A DNA stretch of 64,000 bases from Candidatus Heimdallarchaeota archaeon (GTDB lineage Archaea > Asgardarchaeota > Heimdallarchaeia > Hodarchaeales > Hodarchaeaceae): the NCBI GenBank assembly GCA_020353515.1, contig CP070695.1, forward strand, positions 1,556,284 through 1,620,283. Direction: 5' to 3'. Within the stretch, counting starts at the first letter, position 1; the number at the start of each line of letters is the position of its first letter. The notes beneath the pieces were generated by a model. It searched no databases. It was not told the DNA's origin and worked only from the letters and a program-made list of their open reading frames with translations. Positions 9,939-18,720 of the stretch are shown here, in pieces. The position numbers and the translations under genes are program-made.

Positions 9939-11093
9939 ATGAGTTTAACTGATAAGAAACCCCACATAGTCATTCTCGGTGGTGGTACTGGAGGCGTCAT
10001 CGTTGCTAATCTTTTAGGTCGAAAAGCCAAAAAGCTGGCTAAAATTACCCTTGTGTCTAAGAAAGAGAATGTTTTTTATGAGCCAGATCTGATTTATCGG
10101 ATTTTCGATAAAAAAGAAACGAAGAAACAATATAGACCATTGCGTAACGTTGTCAACAAAAATGTTTCAATTCTTACTGAAGAAGTGGTTCATTTAGATC
10201 CAAAGAATCAAGTCGTCCAATTCAAAAGTGGCAATGACATTTCTTATGATTGGTTAGTTATCGCTACGGGTGCTCATTATGATTATGACAGTGTTCCTGG
10301 TTATGCTGGTGAAGCTCATCACTTTTACAGCGAGGAAGCAGCCCTAAAATTACGAGATGCCTTAGAAAATTTCAAAGGTGGAGATATAGTCACTGGTGTT
10401 GCAGATTTACCTTACAAATGTCCTATTGCACCGATTGAAGTCACATTCATGTTATATCACTATTTCAAACGTCGAAAAATGCTAGAACAAGTCAATCTCC
10501 ATTACCTAAGCCCACTTGGAGGAGCTTTTTCAATCGAGCAAGCTTCTGAAAAATTCGAGAAACAATTCGAGAAAAAAGGGATTGAACTTCATGAATTCTT
10601 CAACACTGAGGAAATTTTTTCAGAGAAGAAGGTTGTATCTTCTCTAGAAGGTGAAGAAGTTAATTATGATCTGTTAATACTCGTTCCTCCACACAAGGGA
10701 GCAACCTACATTGATGATCGTGAATTGGCAAATGCCGAGGGTTGGATTCTTGTCGACCAAGAACGGATGCAATCAACAGCTTATCCAAATGTTTTTGCTG
10801 TAGGTGACACTACAGAGTTACCAATATCTAAAGCTGGTTCTACTGCTCATTATCAGGCAAAAATTGCCGCTAAGAACATCCTAAGATTGATTAAAGAAGG
10901 AAAGCTGAATGCTAAATATAATGGACATGCTCAGTGTTTTGTGATGATGGGATTAACTTCAGCCATGGTGTTAGATTTCACGTACACCCGTCCTCCTCTC
11001 CGTATAGGATACATTCCAAATAGATTATTTTACTACATCAAAAAATATTTCAGCCGTTTCTTTTTCCGTGGAGTTCTCAGTGGTAGAGTTTAA
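9939..11093 (+). CDS. sqr: Sulfide:quinone oxidoreductase-like flavoprotein (short form)
   Basis: Start moved to ATG 9939 (AGGAG upstream); ILGGGTGG, IATG, YKCPIAP.E, VFAVGD, SKAGS.AH, QCF. Confidence 0.85.
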   Translation: MSLTDKKPHIVILGGGTGGVIVANLLGRKAKKLAKITLVSKKENVFYEPDLIYRIFDKKETKKQYRPLRNVVNKNVSILTEEVVHLDPKNQVVQFKSGNDISYDWLVIATGAHYDYDSVPGYAGEAHHFYSEEAALKLRDALENFKGGDIVTGVADLPYKCPIAPIEVTFMLYHYFKRRKMLEQVNLHYLSPLGGAFSIEQASEKFEKQFEKKGIELHEFFNTEEIFSEKKVVSSLEGEEVNYDLLILVPPHKGATYIDDRELANAEGWILVDQERMQSTAYPNVFAVGDTTELPISKAGSTAHYQAKIAAKNILRLIKEGKLNAKYNGHAQCFVMMGLTSAMVLDFTYTRPPLRIGYIPNRLFYYIKKYFSRFFFRGVLSGRV

Positions 11094-11104
11094 ATATCAA
11101 TACT

Positions 11105-11686
11105 ATGTCAAATAGCAAGGTTAGATTCTTAATGTTGGATGAAAAAGACAAAGAGATTATTGATCACTTTCAGAAAAATCCTCGAGACTCATTCACTCAA
11201 GCTGCTAAAGAACTTGGTATGGCCAAGGGGACAGTGAAGAGACGATATGACAATCTAGTTGAAAAAAGACTGATTTCTGAAGGGATTGGATTAAACCTCT
11301 CCCAATTGAAATTCAGTCATGCTTTGTCTTTTATTGAAATCACAGATCCAGATACTGAGAAAGCAATCCTTGATTATTTCTATGAGTGTCCCCTTGTTAC
11401 AGCCATTTTTTCCCTCTCTGGTTTCGAGTACAATATTGTAGTCTGTCTTGTTGCCGATACCCGAGAAAAAATCACCACATTTATCGACACATTCCCCCTC
11501 AGTCATCTTCCAGGAGTTAAACGTAGGAATAGCTTTTTTGTCAAGGAGTCAGAAGGTTTTTCAGAGAAACCTTTTTGGCTTTTCTTTCCCAATGGTTCTA
11601 AAAAAATATTCAAACAATACGATTGTCAAGACAAGTGTGGTGCTTGTGGGGTTATCGAACGGATCACTGAAAAAGCCGAACCTTAA
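11105..11686 (+). CDS. Lrp/AsnC regulator with C-terminal Cys cluster
   Basis: LDEKDKEII...R.SFT..AKELG..GTV..R; C-terminal CQDKCGAC. Confidence 0.85.
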   Translation: MSNSKVRFLMLDEKDKEIIDHFQKNPRDSFTQAAKELGMAKGTVKRRYDNLVEKRLISEGIGLNLSQLKFSHALSFIEITDPDTEKAILDYFYECPLVTAIFSLSGFEYNIVVCLVADTREKITTFIDTFPLSHLPGVKRRNSFFVKESEGFSEKPFWLFFPNGSKKIFKQYDCQDKCGACGVIERITEKAEP

Positions 11687-12059
11687 CTTTTTTCCCATAT
11701 TTCCTTTTTAAAACAAGAGGAAAATCCCTTTATTTACACTTGGTTAATGATTTTTTTTTATTTGAGAATTCTGAACAAGAAGGATGATTGTGTGCATGAA
11801 TCTTGTATTATAACATTCTTCTGAAATCTTGTTAATAGTGTCATGAATAGACTTCCATCCACCGCCCTTGTCTTTAAAAGTATCAAGAATAAATTACTTT
11901 GTACTTAGAGTTTCACTAAAATCATAACAATTGTTTAAAAAGTCGTATATACACTTTAATAGTTAGAAATTAGAACGTTAGCAAAACACCTTGCGCTAAG
12001 TATCGGATTTTCTGTTTAATAAGAAGTGTTGTGAGGACAAAATTAAAGTGTGAGGATAA

Positions 12060-12557
12060 ATGACAGAGTCAAACGAAGTCCTAGAAGAATTTAGAGAACT
12101 TTTTGAGATTATTAAGCTGTGTTATCAATGTGGAACATGTGCAGGTGGCTGTCCTGTCTTTAGACAATACACAGAGTTTAATCCTCGGAGAATCATGGAA
12201 AAAATACTCTTAGGCGAGTACAACGAACAGTTAATTGATGAACAACAGATTTGGTACTGTTCGATGTGTTATACTTGTAGTACTCGGTGTCCACAAGGGA
12301 TAGATATCGGCCATGTCATTACAGAAATAAAAAATCTCGCTGTCAAATTAAAAAACACTCCTCCTGGCATCGTCGCTGAGATGGAGGCAATTCTAGAAAC
12401 AGGAAGTACAGCCGCTATTTCTCAATCCATTTTAAAACGGCGAGAAAAATTAGCATTACCTGAGTTACCTAAAGCTAATCTAGATGAAATTCAGAAGCTT
12501 CTCGAGGTAACAGGCGTCGTTGAAAGCCTTAACCAATTGAAGGAGGTTTCTACTTAA
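12060..12557 (+). CDS. hdrC: Heterodisulfide reductase subunit C-like
   Basis: CYQCGTCAGGCP and CSMCYTCSTRCP. Confidence 0.9.
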   Translation: MTESNEVLEEFRELFEIIKLCYQCGTCAGGCPVFRQYTEFNPRRIMEKILLGEYNEQLIDEQQIWYCSMCYTCSTRCPQGIDIGHVITEIKNLAVKLKNTPPGIVAEMEAILETGSTAAISQSILKRREKLALPELPKANLDEIQKLLEVTGVVESLNQLKEVST

Positions 12558-13429
12558 TGGAAAAATTTGCTTTTTTCGTTGGTTGCACAATTCCGTATAG
12601 GATCCCCTTTGTTGAGACCACTCTTCGGAGGACACTCCCCGAATTTGACATAGAACTTGTCGATTTACCTTTTGCTTGCTGCCCAGATCCTGGTGGGGCA
12701 CAAGGTTTTGATAGTATAGCATGGCATACCTTAGCAGCACGTAATCTATGTCTTGCAGAGGAACAGGATCTTAATATTATTACAGCATGCAGCGGATGTT
12801 TCGAAACACTAAAAGTGGTTAATACTCATTTGAAAAAGGATTCAGCACTAAAAGGACGGGTAAATGAGTATCTAAAGGAAGTTAATCGCGAGTTTAAAGG
12901 GTCAATAGAGGTGAAACATTTTGCTGAAGTCCTTTACGACGACGTAGGCATTGATAAAATCGCAGCCAAAGTCACCAATCCTCTTACGGAATTAAAACTA
13001 GCAACTCACACTGGTTGCCACTTTCTTAAACCCCCAGAAATCTTACAAACAGATAATCCCGAGAGACCAACTAAACTAGATGAATTGGTAGAAGCTTTAG
13101 GTGCCCAGTCTGTTCCTTATTTGAATAAACTCGCGTGTTGTGGCGCTGGAACACGGGGTGTGAATGAAGATACAGCCTATGCTATGGCCCATGAAAAAAT
13201 AGTGGGAGCTGAACGAGCAAAAGTAGATGCCCTTGTTACAGTGTGTCCAACCTGTTTTCAACAATATGATGTTGGCCAAAGGTTAATGGCTAAGCAGTTT
13301 GAAAAAACCAATCTTCCAGTATTTGTGTATCCTGAATTGCTAGGATTGAGTATGGGTATGGATTTCAGTACTGGTTTTAAAATGCATTCTATTAAAGTTA
13401 CCCCAATCCTAGAAATGATAACAGGCTGA
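12557..13429 (+). CDS. hdrB: Heterodisulfide reductase subunit B-like
   Basis: Two CCG domains: GC..., CCP, ACSGC, HTGCH, CCGAG, CPTC..QYD; TAATG overlap with hdrC. Confidence 0.9.
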   Translation: MEKFAFFVGCTIPYRIPFVETTLRRTLPEFDIELVDLPFACCPDPGGAQGFDSIAWHTLAARNLCLAEEQDLNIITACSGCFETLKVVNTHLKKDSALKGRVNEYLKEVNREFKGSIEVKHFAEVLYDDVGIDKIAAKVTNPLTELKLATHTGCHFLKPPEILQTDNPERPTKLDELVEALGAQSVPYLNKLACCGAGTRGVNEDTAYAMAHEKIVGAERAKVDALVTVCPTCFQQYDVGQRLMAKQFEKTNLPVFVYPELLGLSMGMDFSTGFKMHSIKVTPILEMITG

Positions 13430-13456
13430 GATTAGCCAGACAATTGATAAATTTCA

Positions 13457-13484
13457 TGGGTTTCGTACCCAATTTCCTTTTTTT
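13457..13484 (+). terminator. Putative terminator after hdrB
   Basis: TGGGT-ttcgt-ACCCA hairpin followed by a T-tract. Confidence 0.45.
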
Positions 13485-13531
13485 CACTAGATCAGGAATC
13501 TTTCTGGAAAAATTAGATTAGTTGGCCTTCA

Positions 13532-13942
13532 ATGTCAAAAAGAACTGTGTTTGAAATAGGATTAATGCATGATGGATTCTCTGTTATCCGAAGACAATTT
13601 TTTGAGTCTGCAGATTTATATCGAAACCCCATTCTTGTTGGTGAACTTCTATCAGCCATCCAACGTTTCTCCACGACATCTTATTCTAAAATCCCTGAAG
13701 TGTTTCAAATAGAGGGATTCACTACCAGTCTGTACCGATTCGAATGTGGAGGAGAAGAGAATTCTTATCTTCTTTATGCAATTTATCAAGCAAACACAGA
13801 ATATATACGAAAAACACTTATGAGACTAGCGATAGAATTAAAAACTTACGATACTATTCTCCTACATTGGAACATAGACACTGAAAGCTTAAGAAATCTC
13901 TATCCGATTTTTGATGAACTATTTCTCCCATTCAACAGGTGA
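13532..13942 (+). CDS. Longin-like domain protein
   Basis: IGLMHDG..V....F...P.LVGELLSAIQRFS pattern typical of Asgard longin-like proteins. Confidence 0.55.
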   Translation: MSKRTVFEIGLMHDGFSVIRRQFFESADLYRNPILVGELLSAIQRFSTTSYSKIPEVFQIEGFTTSLYRFECGGEENSYLLYAIYQANTEYIRKTLMRLAIELKTYDTILLHWNIDTESLRNLYPIFDELFLPFNR

Positions 13943-14059
13943 GAAATCTCCTAAGTTACATTTATAGTAAACTAAACGAACAAAAGTCGCATTATCTTAT
14001 CAAATAATCATTGAAATTATCATTCTCAAAATATATCCTGAAGGGGAGGCTCCTTAAAG

Positions 14060-14110
14060 TTTTGTGCAAATGCACAAAATATATATAATAGTTTTGTGCA
14101 ATAGCTCATA
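14060..14110. promoter_or_regulatory. Two palindromic operator copies flanking a TATA box
   Basis: TTTTGTGCA-AA-TGCACAAAA (14060-14079), TATATATAA, TTTTGTGCA-AT-AGCTCATA (14092-14110). Confidence 0.7.
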
Positions 14111-14119
14111 GGTGATATA

Positions 14120-14476
14120 ATGCCTAGAGGAGATAAAACTGGACCAAGAGGTCTTGGAACGAAAACTGGCCGAGGTTTAGGATATTGTAGTGGATATTCT
14201 TCTCCTGGATATACCAAAGGTCCAGGTATGGGCATGGCTTGGGGAGGAGGTCGGGGTCATGGACGGATAAGAGGAGGAGGTTGGGGGCGCGATCCTAATT
14301 TCATGCCACATCCCATTCAATATACAGGAGTTGTTCCTCCATATCCAATAAGCCCTGATAGACTTGACCCAGAGGAAGAGTCAAAATATCTAGAACAGAC
14401 ACTGACCAATCTAAAAAATGAGATTAAATATATAGAGAATAGATTAGAAGAATTGGCTAGCGAAGAGAAAGAATAG
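14120..14476 (+). CDS. DUF5320-family protein
   Basis: MPRGDKTGP.G.G..TGRGLGYC, Gly/Arg-rich middle, C-terminal coiled coil. Confidence 0.9.
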   Translation: MPRGDKTGPRGLGTKTGRGLGYCSGYSSPGYTKGPGMGMAWGGGRGHGRIRGGGWGRDPNFMPHPIQYTGVVPPYPISPDRLDPEEESKYLEQTLTNLKNEIKYIENRLEELASEEKE

Positions 14477-14518
14477 TTACTTCTTCATAGCTAATTCTTA
14501 CTCCTTTTTACTGATTAC

Positions 14519-14542
14519 GTCGTAAAAGTAGGCTTTGACGAC
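14519..14542. terminator. Hairpin between convergent genes
   Basis: GTCGTAAAAG-tagg-CTTTGACGAC. Confidence 0.35.
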
Positions 14543-14559
14543 CTATTATGAAAGATTTT

Positions 14560-15120
14560 CTAAGCAGCATCACGGAATATTTCGTGGTAGAGGGCTTTAC
14601 CAATCTGGAAGGTTCGAATATTATTCTCGCTATTTCGCATATTATTGAAAACTTGGATGTACTGATCCTCTGTTAGGTCAATGGCCTTTTTCTTTTTCAG
14701 ATGTTCAGAGAGGAATCCTAGAGAAAGAATGTTGACAGCTCCAGTCACTTTGTTCTCATCAGCTCGTTTAGTAATGGGAACTCGATGAAACGGGGTCTTG
14801 ATAATTTTTTCAGCTGTTTCATCAATTGAGTCAGAATCGATAAAACAGGTTGTTGTATCACTCACACATTCTGTAGCTCGTTCGAATCCTTTTTGGTCAA
14901 TTGCAACAAAAAAATCGGCGTCTGCATCACAATATGGATAAGCAATTGGTTCAGTGCTTAGGACAACATCACAAAAGATGGGTCCACCACGAACTGAAGG
15001 GGTATAATCAACAGAGAGCGTAGCGTGGTATTTGGCAACCATAGCAACTCGGACCAATGCGCTTCCTAAAAATTTAATACCCTGCCCACCACGTCCACTG
15101 AATCGGAATTTTACCTTCAT
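14560..15120 (-). CDS. 2-oxoacid:ferredoxin oxidoreductase gamma subunit (orphan)
   Basis: RFSGRGGQGI..G, Y.P.VRGG, N...LG, N...F..G. Confidence 0.85.
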   Translation of the reverse strand: MKVKFRFSGRGGQGIKFLGSALVRVAMVAKYHATLSVDYTPSVRGGPIFCDVVLSTEPIAYPYCDADADFFVAIDQKGFERATECVSDTTTCFIDSDSIDETAEKIIKTPFHRVPITKRADENKVTGAVNILSLGFLSEHLKKKKAIDLTEDQYIQVFNNMRNSENNIRTFQIGKALYHEIFRDAA

Positions 15121-15248
15121 GATTTTATCCCTTATTAATTTTCTGGATTTTTAAAAGGGATAATTCTCCCTCCCTACTTAAATATTTTGGGGATTGAACT
15201 AGACACGAATAGTTATTTGTAGGATACAAAGTGAAATTGAGAGGGAGT

Positions 15249-15704
15249 TCAGGAAAGATGATCGTAGATCTTTTGCTCTTTAATAAGAACTTCGATATCT
15301 TCGATTCCTGAGAACTTCCTTAATTCACTAACGAAGTAATCTAGGTCTTGTTTACTCTTACTGAGAACTTCGAGAATGAATGAACTTTCTCCATTGGATC
15401 TATACAGAGACATTAACTTACAATCCTCCGTTTTACAGAGAAAAGGAAGTTGATCGATTTGGGCGTAGGATTCGTAACTAGGTTCTAAATGGAACTTTAT
15501 AATGGCTTGGCCATTAAAGCCAAGATTCTCTGGGTCAGTAACAACACGAAAACCTTGAATTATTCCCTCCTCTCGTAATCGACGAACTCTATTACGAACA
15601 GTTCCTTCAGTTCGTTTTATTTTCTTTGCAATAGTAGTAAATTTGGTTCTTCCATCCCGATTGAGGATTTCGAGTATTTCTCGATCAATTTCATCATAAA
15701 TCAT
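15249..15704 (-). CDS. Lrp/AsnC transcriptional regulator
   Basis: DEIDREILEILNRDGRTKFTTIAKK...EGTVRNRVRRL..EGIIQGF. Confidence 0.95.
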   Translation of the reverse strand: MIYDEIDREILEILNRDGRTKFTTIAKKIKRTEGTVRNRVRRLREEGIIQGFRVVTDPENLGFNGQAIIKFHLEPSYESYAQIDQLPFLCKTEDCKLMSLYRSNGESSFILEVLSKSKQDLDYFVSELRKFSGIEDIEVLIKEQKIYDHLS

Positions 15705-15787
15705 CTTTTATCACCGTATTTAATTTGTAATTAACAATAGTTAATTAACAATATTTAAGTTTTTCGTAATTTTCCTCCTTTCGCATT

Positions 15788-15804
15788 TTTACGATTTTCG
15801 TAAA
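15788..15804. promoter_or_regulatory. Lrp (Ptr2-type) palindromic site
   Basis: TTTACGATTTTCGTAAA upstream of the Lrp gene's TATA box. Confidence 0.6.
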
Positions 15805-15822
15805 TAGTGGTGGCCTAATACA

Positions 15823-16782
15823 TTAGAAAAACAAGGAGGACACAACAATTCCGAAAAATAACCAAAGAAAAGCAAACCCCATAAACATTGAGGCAATTTT
15901 AAAGATCCTGAATGTTCGTTGTTCAGATGGTCTCTTAAAATTGATTCCAGTATGGTAGAGAATATAAAAACAGAAAATTAACAAAGGAAGCATTGGAAGG
16001 AAGTGAATTCCAAGAATAAAACCTGTGAATACAACAGTGATTCCGCTCAGGACAGCAGAAATAGTGATTACTCTGATAGTTTGGTTTTTATTCGTTACTA
16101 CGGGCCACATGGGGATCTTAGCATTCCTATAATCTTCTAGATTCTTTGGGATTAATGCGAGAGTCAGAATGTGTAAGGGGATCCAGGCAAGGACAAAAAA
16201 ACCAATCAATAGTGCTATCATATCAATTGTTCCTGTCACTGCAGTTCGACCAGCTATTGCAGGTAAGCCTCCTGCAATTCCTCCAAAAACGATTGAAAAT
16301 CTTGTTCGTCGTTTTAACAAGAGTGAATAAACTATAACATCAAAGAAAAATCCCATAAAAACAATAAGCATGGTAATGAAATTGAATAAAGCGCCAGAGA
16401 GAATGATCCCTACTATAACGAAAAGAATTCCATGTTTCAATGCTGTAGATGGATGAATTTTCCCACTAGGAAGTGGACGATCCTTTGTTCGCTCCATAAG
16501 GGCGTCGATATCTTGATCAATGTACATATTAAGCAAAGTGGAACCAGAGACAGCAAAAAAAAGAGACGTTGTAATCCAGATTAAATCCCAGATTTGAAGA
16601 CCACCAGGTGTGCTCCATGCACTGATTAAATAAGTAAATATTGTAGTATAAACCAGTAAAAAGGTTTGTTTACTCTTGATTAACTCACTATAAGTAGATA
16701 AAGTTAAAGGCGGATATTTTGTAATTTCCATTTTTCCATATATATAAGGAAAAGATGGCTTTTCTTGAGATATTTCTTTCAT
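15823..16782 (-). CDS. ctaB: Protoheme IX farnesyltransferase (heme O synthase), copy 1
   Basis: LNMYIDQDIDALMERTKDRPLPSG, YSLLLKRRT, GGIAGGLP, W.PLH...EDY..A..PM. Confidence 0.92.
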   Translation of the reverse strand: MKEISQEKPSFPYIYGKMEITKYPPLTLSTYSELIKSKQTFLLVYTTIFTYLISAWSTPGGLQIWDLIWITTSLFFAVSGSTLLNMYIDQDIDALMERTKDRPLPSGKIHPSTALKHGILFVIVGIILSGALFNFITMLIVFMGFFFDVIVYSLLLKRRTRFSIVFGGIAGGLPAIAGRTAVTGTIDMIALLIGFFVLAWIPLHILTLALIPKNLEDYRNAKIPMWPVVTNKNQTIRVITISAVLSGITVVFTGFILGIHFLPMLPLLIFCFYILYHTGINFKRPSEQRTFRIFKIASMFMGFAFLWLFFGIVVSSLFF

Positions 16783-16816
16783 TTTGTCACATCAAGGTCT
16801 TTCGATGTATTTTTCT

Positions 16817-17659
16817 TCATCCCAAATTTAGTTTGATAGCATCATGAGGACAAATATCTATGCAACGATTGCAGTAGTAGCATTCTCCCTTTTTACTGTC
16901 TCTTGCAGCTTCTTGAGTCGGGCAAATCTTTTCACAAAGTCCACAATCTGTACAATCTTCCGTACGTCGATATTTACTTCTAGTTACCTGACCACAGAGA
17001 CATGAACCTGCCCCAAAGGGACATAAGAACCTGCACCAGGGACGATACAGAAAAATACTAGCTACACAAACTACAATCAAAACAATGAAAGAGATAATTA
17101 TCGTAGTTACAGAGGGAGTCTTAAGTACCGAAAATCCTGGGAAAGGATTAAAAATAGGGAGAATTTGGATACTCAAAAGAGCTAAGAGGATTACAATACC
17201 CAAAAATATCCAGCGTATTTTTTTAGAGAAAGACGAGACGACTTTAATTTGATATTTAGCTTCATTTTGTTCTTTCAAATCTGATTTAAAATTGACTGTT
17301 GAGATTAGTTCTTGCAAGACACCTAAAGGGCATGCAAATCCACAGAAAATCCTCCCAACGAAAAGTGATGAAGCTAATAACACAATTAGTATTATGATTG
17401 CTGGAAGGAGATAGCTTGACTCACTTCTCAGACTTATTGTTGTCAAAAATTGTTGAATAGGCATTACTGCATTGGGTACTCCGCCTATTATAATACCACC
17501 CCATATTATTGTGACTACATAGATTCCGTTTCTTATCTTTCGATCCATCAATTCAGCATCAATTAAGATAATGCAGAACAGAAATGTCACAATCCAAGAA
17601 ATGAGCATTGGTACGCCGTAGATAGCTTCAAAGGGAAGGGATTCATTTTGAACAACCAA
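16817..17659 (-). CDS. NapH/MauN-like membrane polyferredoxin
   Basis: GRIFCGFACPLG, RPWCRFLCPFG and two CxxCxxCxxxCP motifs. Confidence 0.9.
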   Translation of the reverse strand: MVVQNESLPFEAIYGVPMLISWIVTFLFCIILIDAELMDRKIRNGIYVVTIIWGGIIIGGVPNAVMPIQQFLTTISLRSESSYLLPAIIILIVLLASSLFVGRIFCGFACPLGVLQELISTVNFKSDLKEQNEAKYQIKVVSSFSKKIRWIFLGIVILLALLSIQILPIFNPFPGFSVLKTPSVTTIIISFIVLIVVCVASIFLYRPWCRFLCPFGAGSCLCGQVTRSKYRRTEDCTDCGLCEKICPTQEAARDSKKGECYYCNRCIDICPHDAIKLNLG

Positions 17660-17749
17660 ATTATCACCATTGTTACAATTTCTATTTAATTAACTAAGGA
17701 GTCATGCTGATAAGAAAAAAAAGTAGGGAACCAAAAAGAGGTTTTAGTA

Positions 17750-18580
17750 TCACACAGTTAAACTCTCTTTGGTAACAACAAACCGGTTCCATATGCTTGG
17801 AACTAATGGTACAAACACTAACAGGGTTGAGAGCATCGGCGCCATAAAGAACATAGAAAATTTCCCAAAACTTAGCGAGGATGCAAAAGCAACGGGATAT
17901 CCAGTGAAAATTGCTAAAATACCTGATCCAAGAGCAACAATTCTTACCCAATCTTTATCAGGACGACGAAGGATTCCAATAGTGGTTATACCCCAACCAA
18001 TAGCAGCAGCCCAACTCACACGTTGTAAAGCTCGGAAAATTGCGTGTATAGTTGGTTCTGTAGCAACACTAGCGGGAAAAAGTTTCATACGGTTGGTACT
18101 AGCTACTCCATTTAAAAAACACATGACATAAGCGATTCCTGTTAATAAAGCGAATATTACAGTGATCCACGGAATACCTTCAACATAGTGTGTCAAAGCT
18201 AAAAAAATAACCAAATTTGGTAGGAAAATTATTCCCCAAATTGGGATTAATCCCATTTGCATTGCAGGGATCGTTGGCCAGAAACCAGCCAATAAACAAA
18301 GAACATTACCGACTATTGCTACTGATACTGACCACTCTTCTTCAGTATAAAATCCATAAGCACTTACCGCAAATAATAACCCGCCTATGATACTTAAGTC
18401 AGAAATAATTGGAAGGATCTCCTCGATAATGACTTTACATCCTTCTTCTGCTATAGGACTATTAGCCTCCCACCATATGTATGGTTCATATGTTAAAACA
18501 AAAATCACCATACCACCTAGCATACCTATCACAGCTCCAATTAAAGAAAGTACAAATCCTAAAAGTTGATTCCTTTCCAT
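17750..18580 (-). CDS. Uncharacterised multi-TM membrane protein (IWWE..SP.EEG type)
   Basis: About 8 hydrophobic helices; GGAGA RBS; resembles 37408-38205. Confidence 0.7.
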   Translation of the reverse strand: MERNQLLGFVLSLIGAVIGMLGGMVIFVLTYEPYIWWEANSPIAEEGCKVIIEEILPIISDLSIIGGLLFAVSAYGFYTEEEWSVSVAIVGNVLCLLAGFWPTIPAMQMGLIPIWGIIFLPNLVIFLALTHYVEGIPWITVIFALLTGIAYVMCFLNGVASTNRMKLFPASVATEPTIHAIFRALQRVSWAAAIGWGITTIGILRRPDKDWVRIVALGSGILAIFTGYPVAFASSLSFGKFSMFFMAPMLSTLLVFVPLVPSIWNRFVVTKESLTV

Positions 18581-18598
18581 AAGTAATTTTCTCCAAAC

Positions 18599-18611
18599 TA
18601 CGATTCTCGTA
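18599..18611. promoter_or_regulatory. Second Lrp-type palindrome
   Basis: TACGATTCTCGTA just upstream of the 18580 start codon. Confidence 0.45.
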
Positions 18612-18720
18612 ATACAAAACTAATATAACAACTCTTAGTGGTGTATTAATATATTTCACTCAGTTTTTCACAACAATCAGTTGTAAACTATATAAAGGTC
18701 TGATTTCATTATTTACCTAG

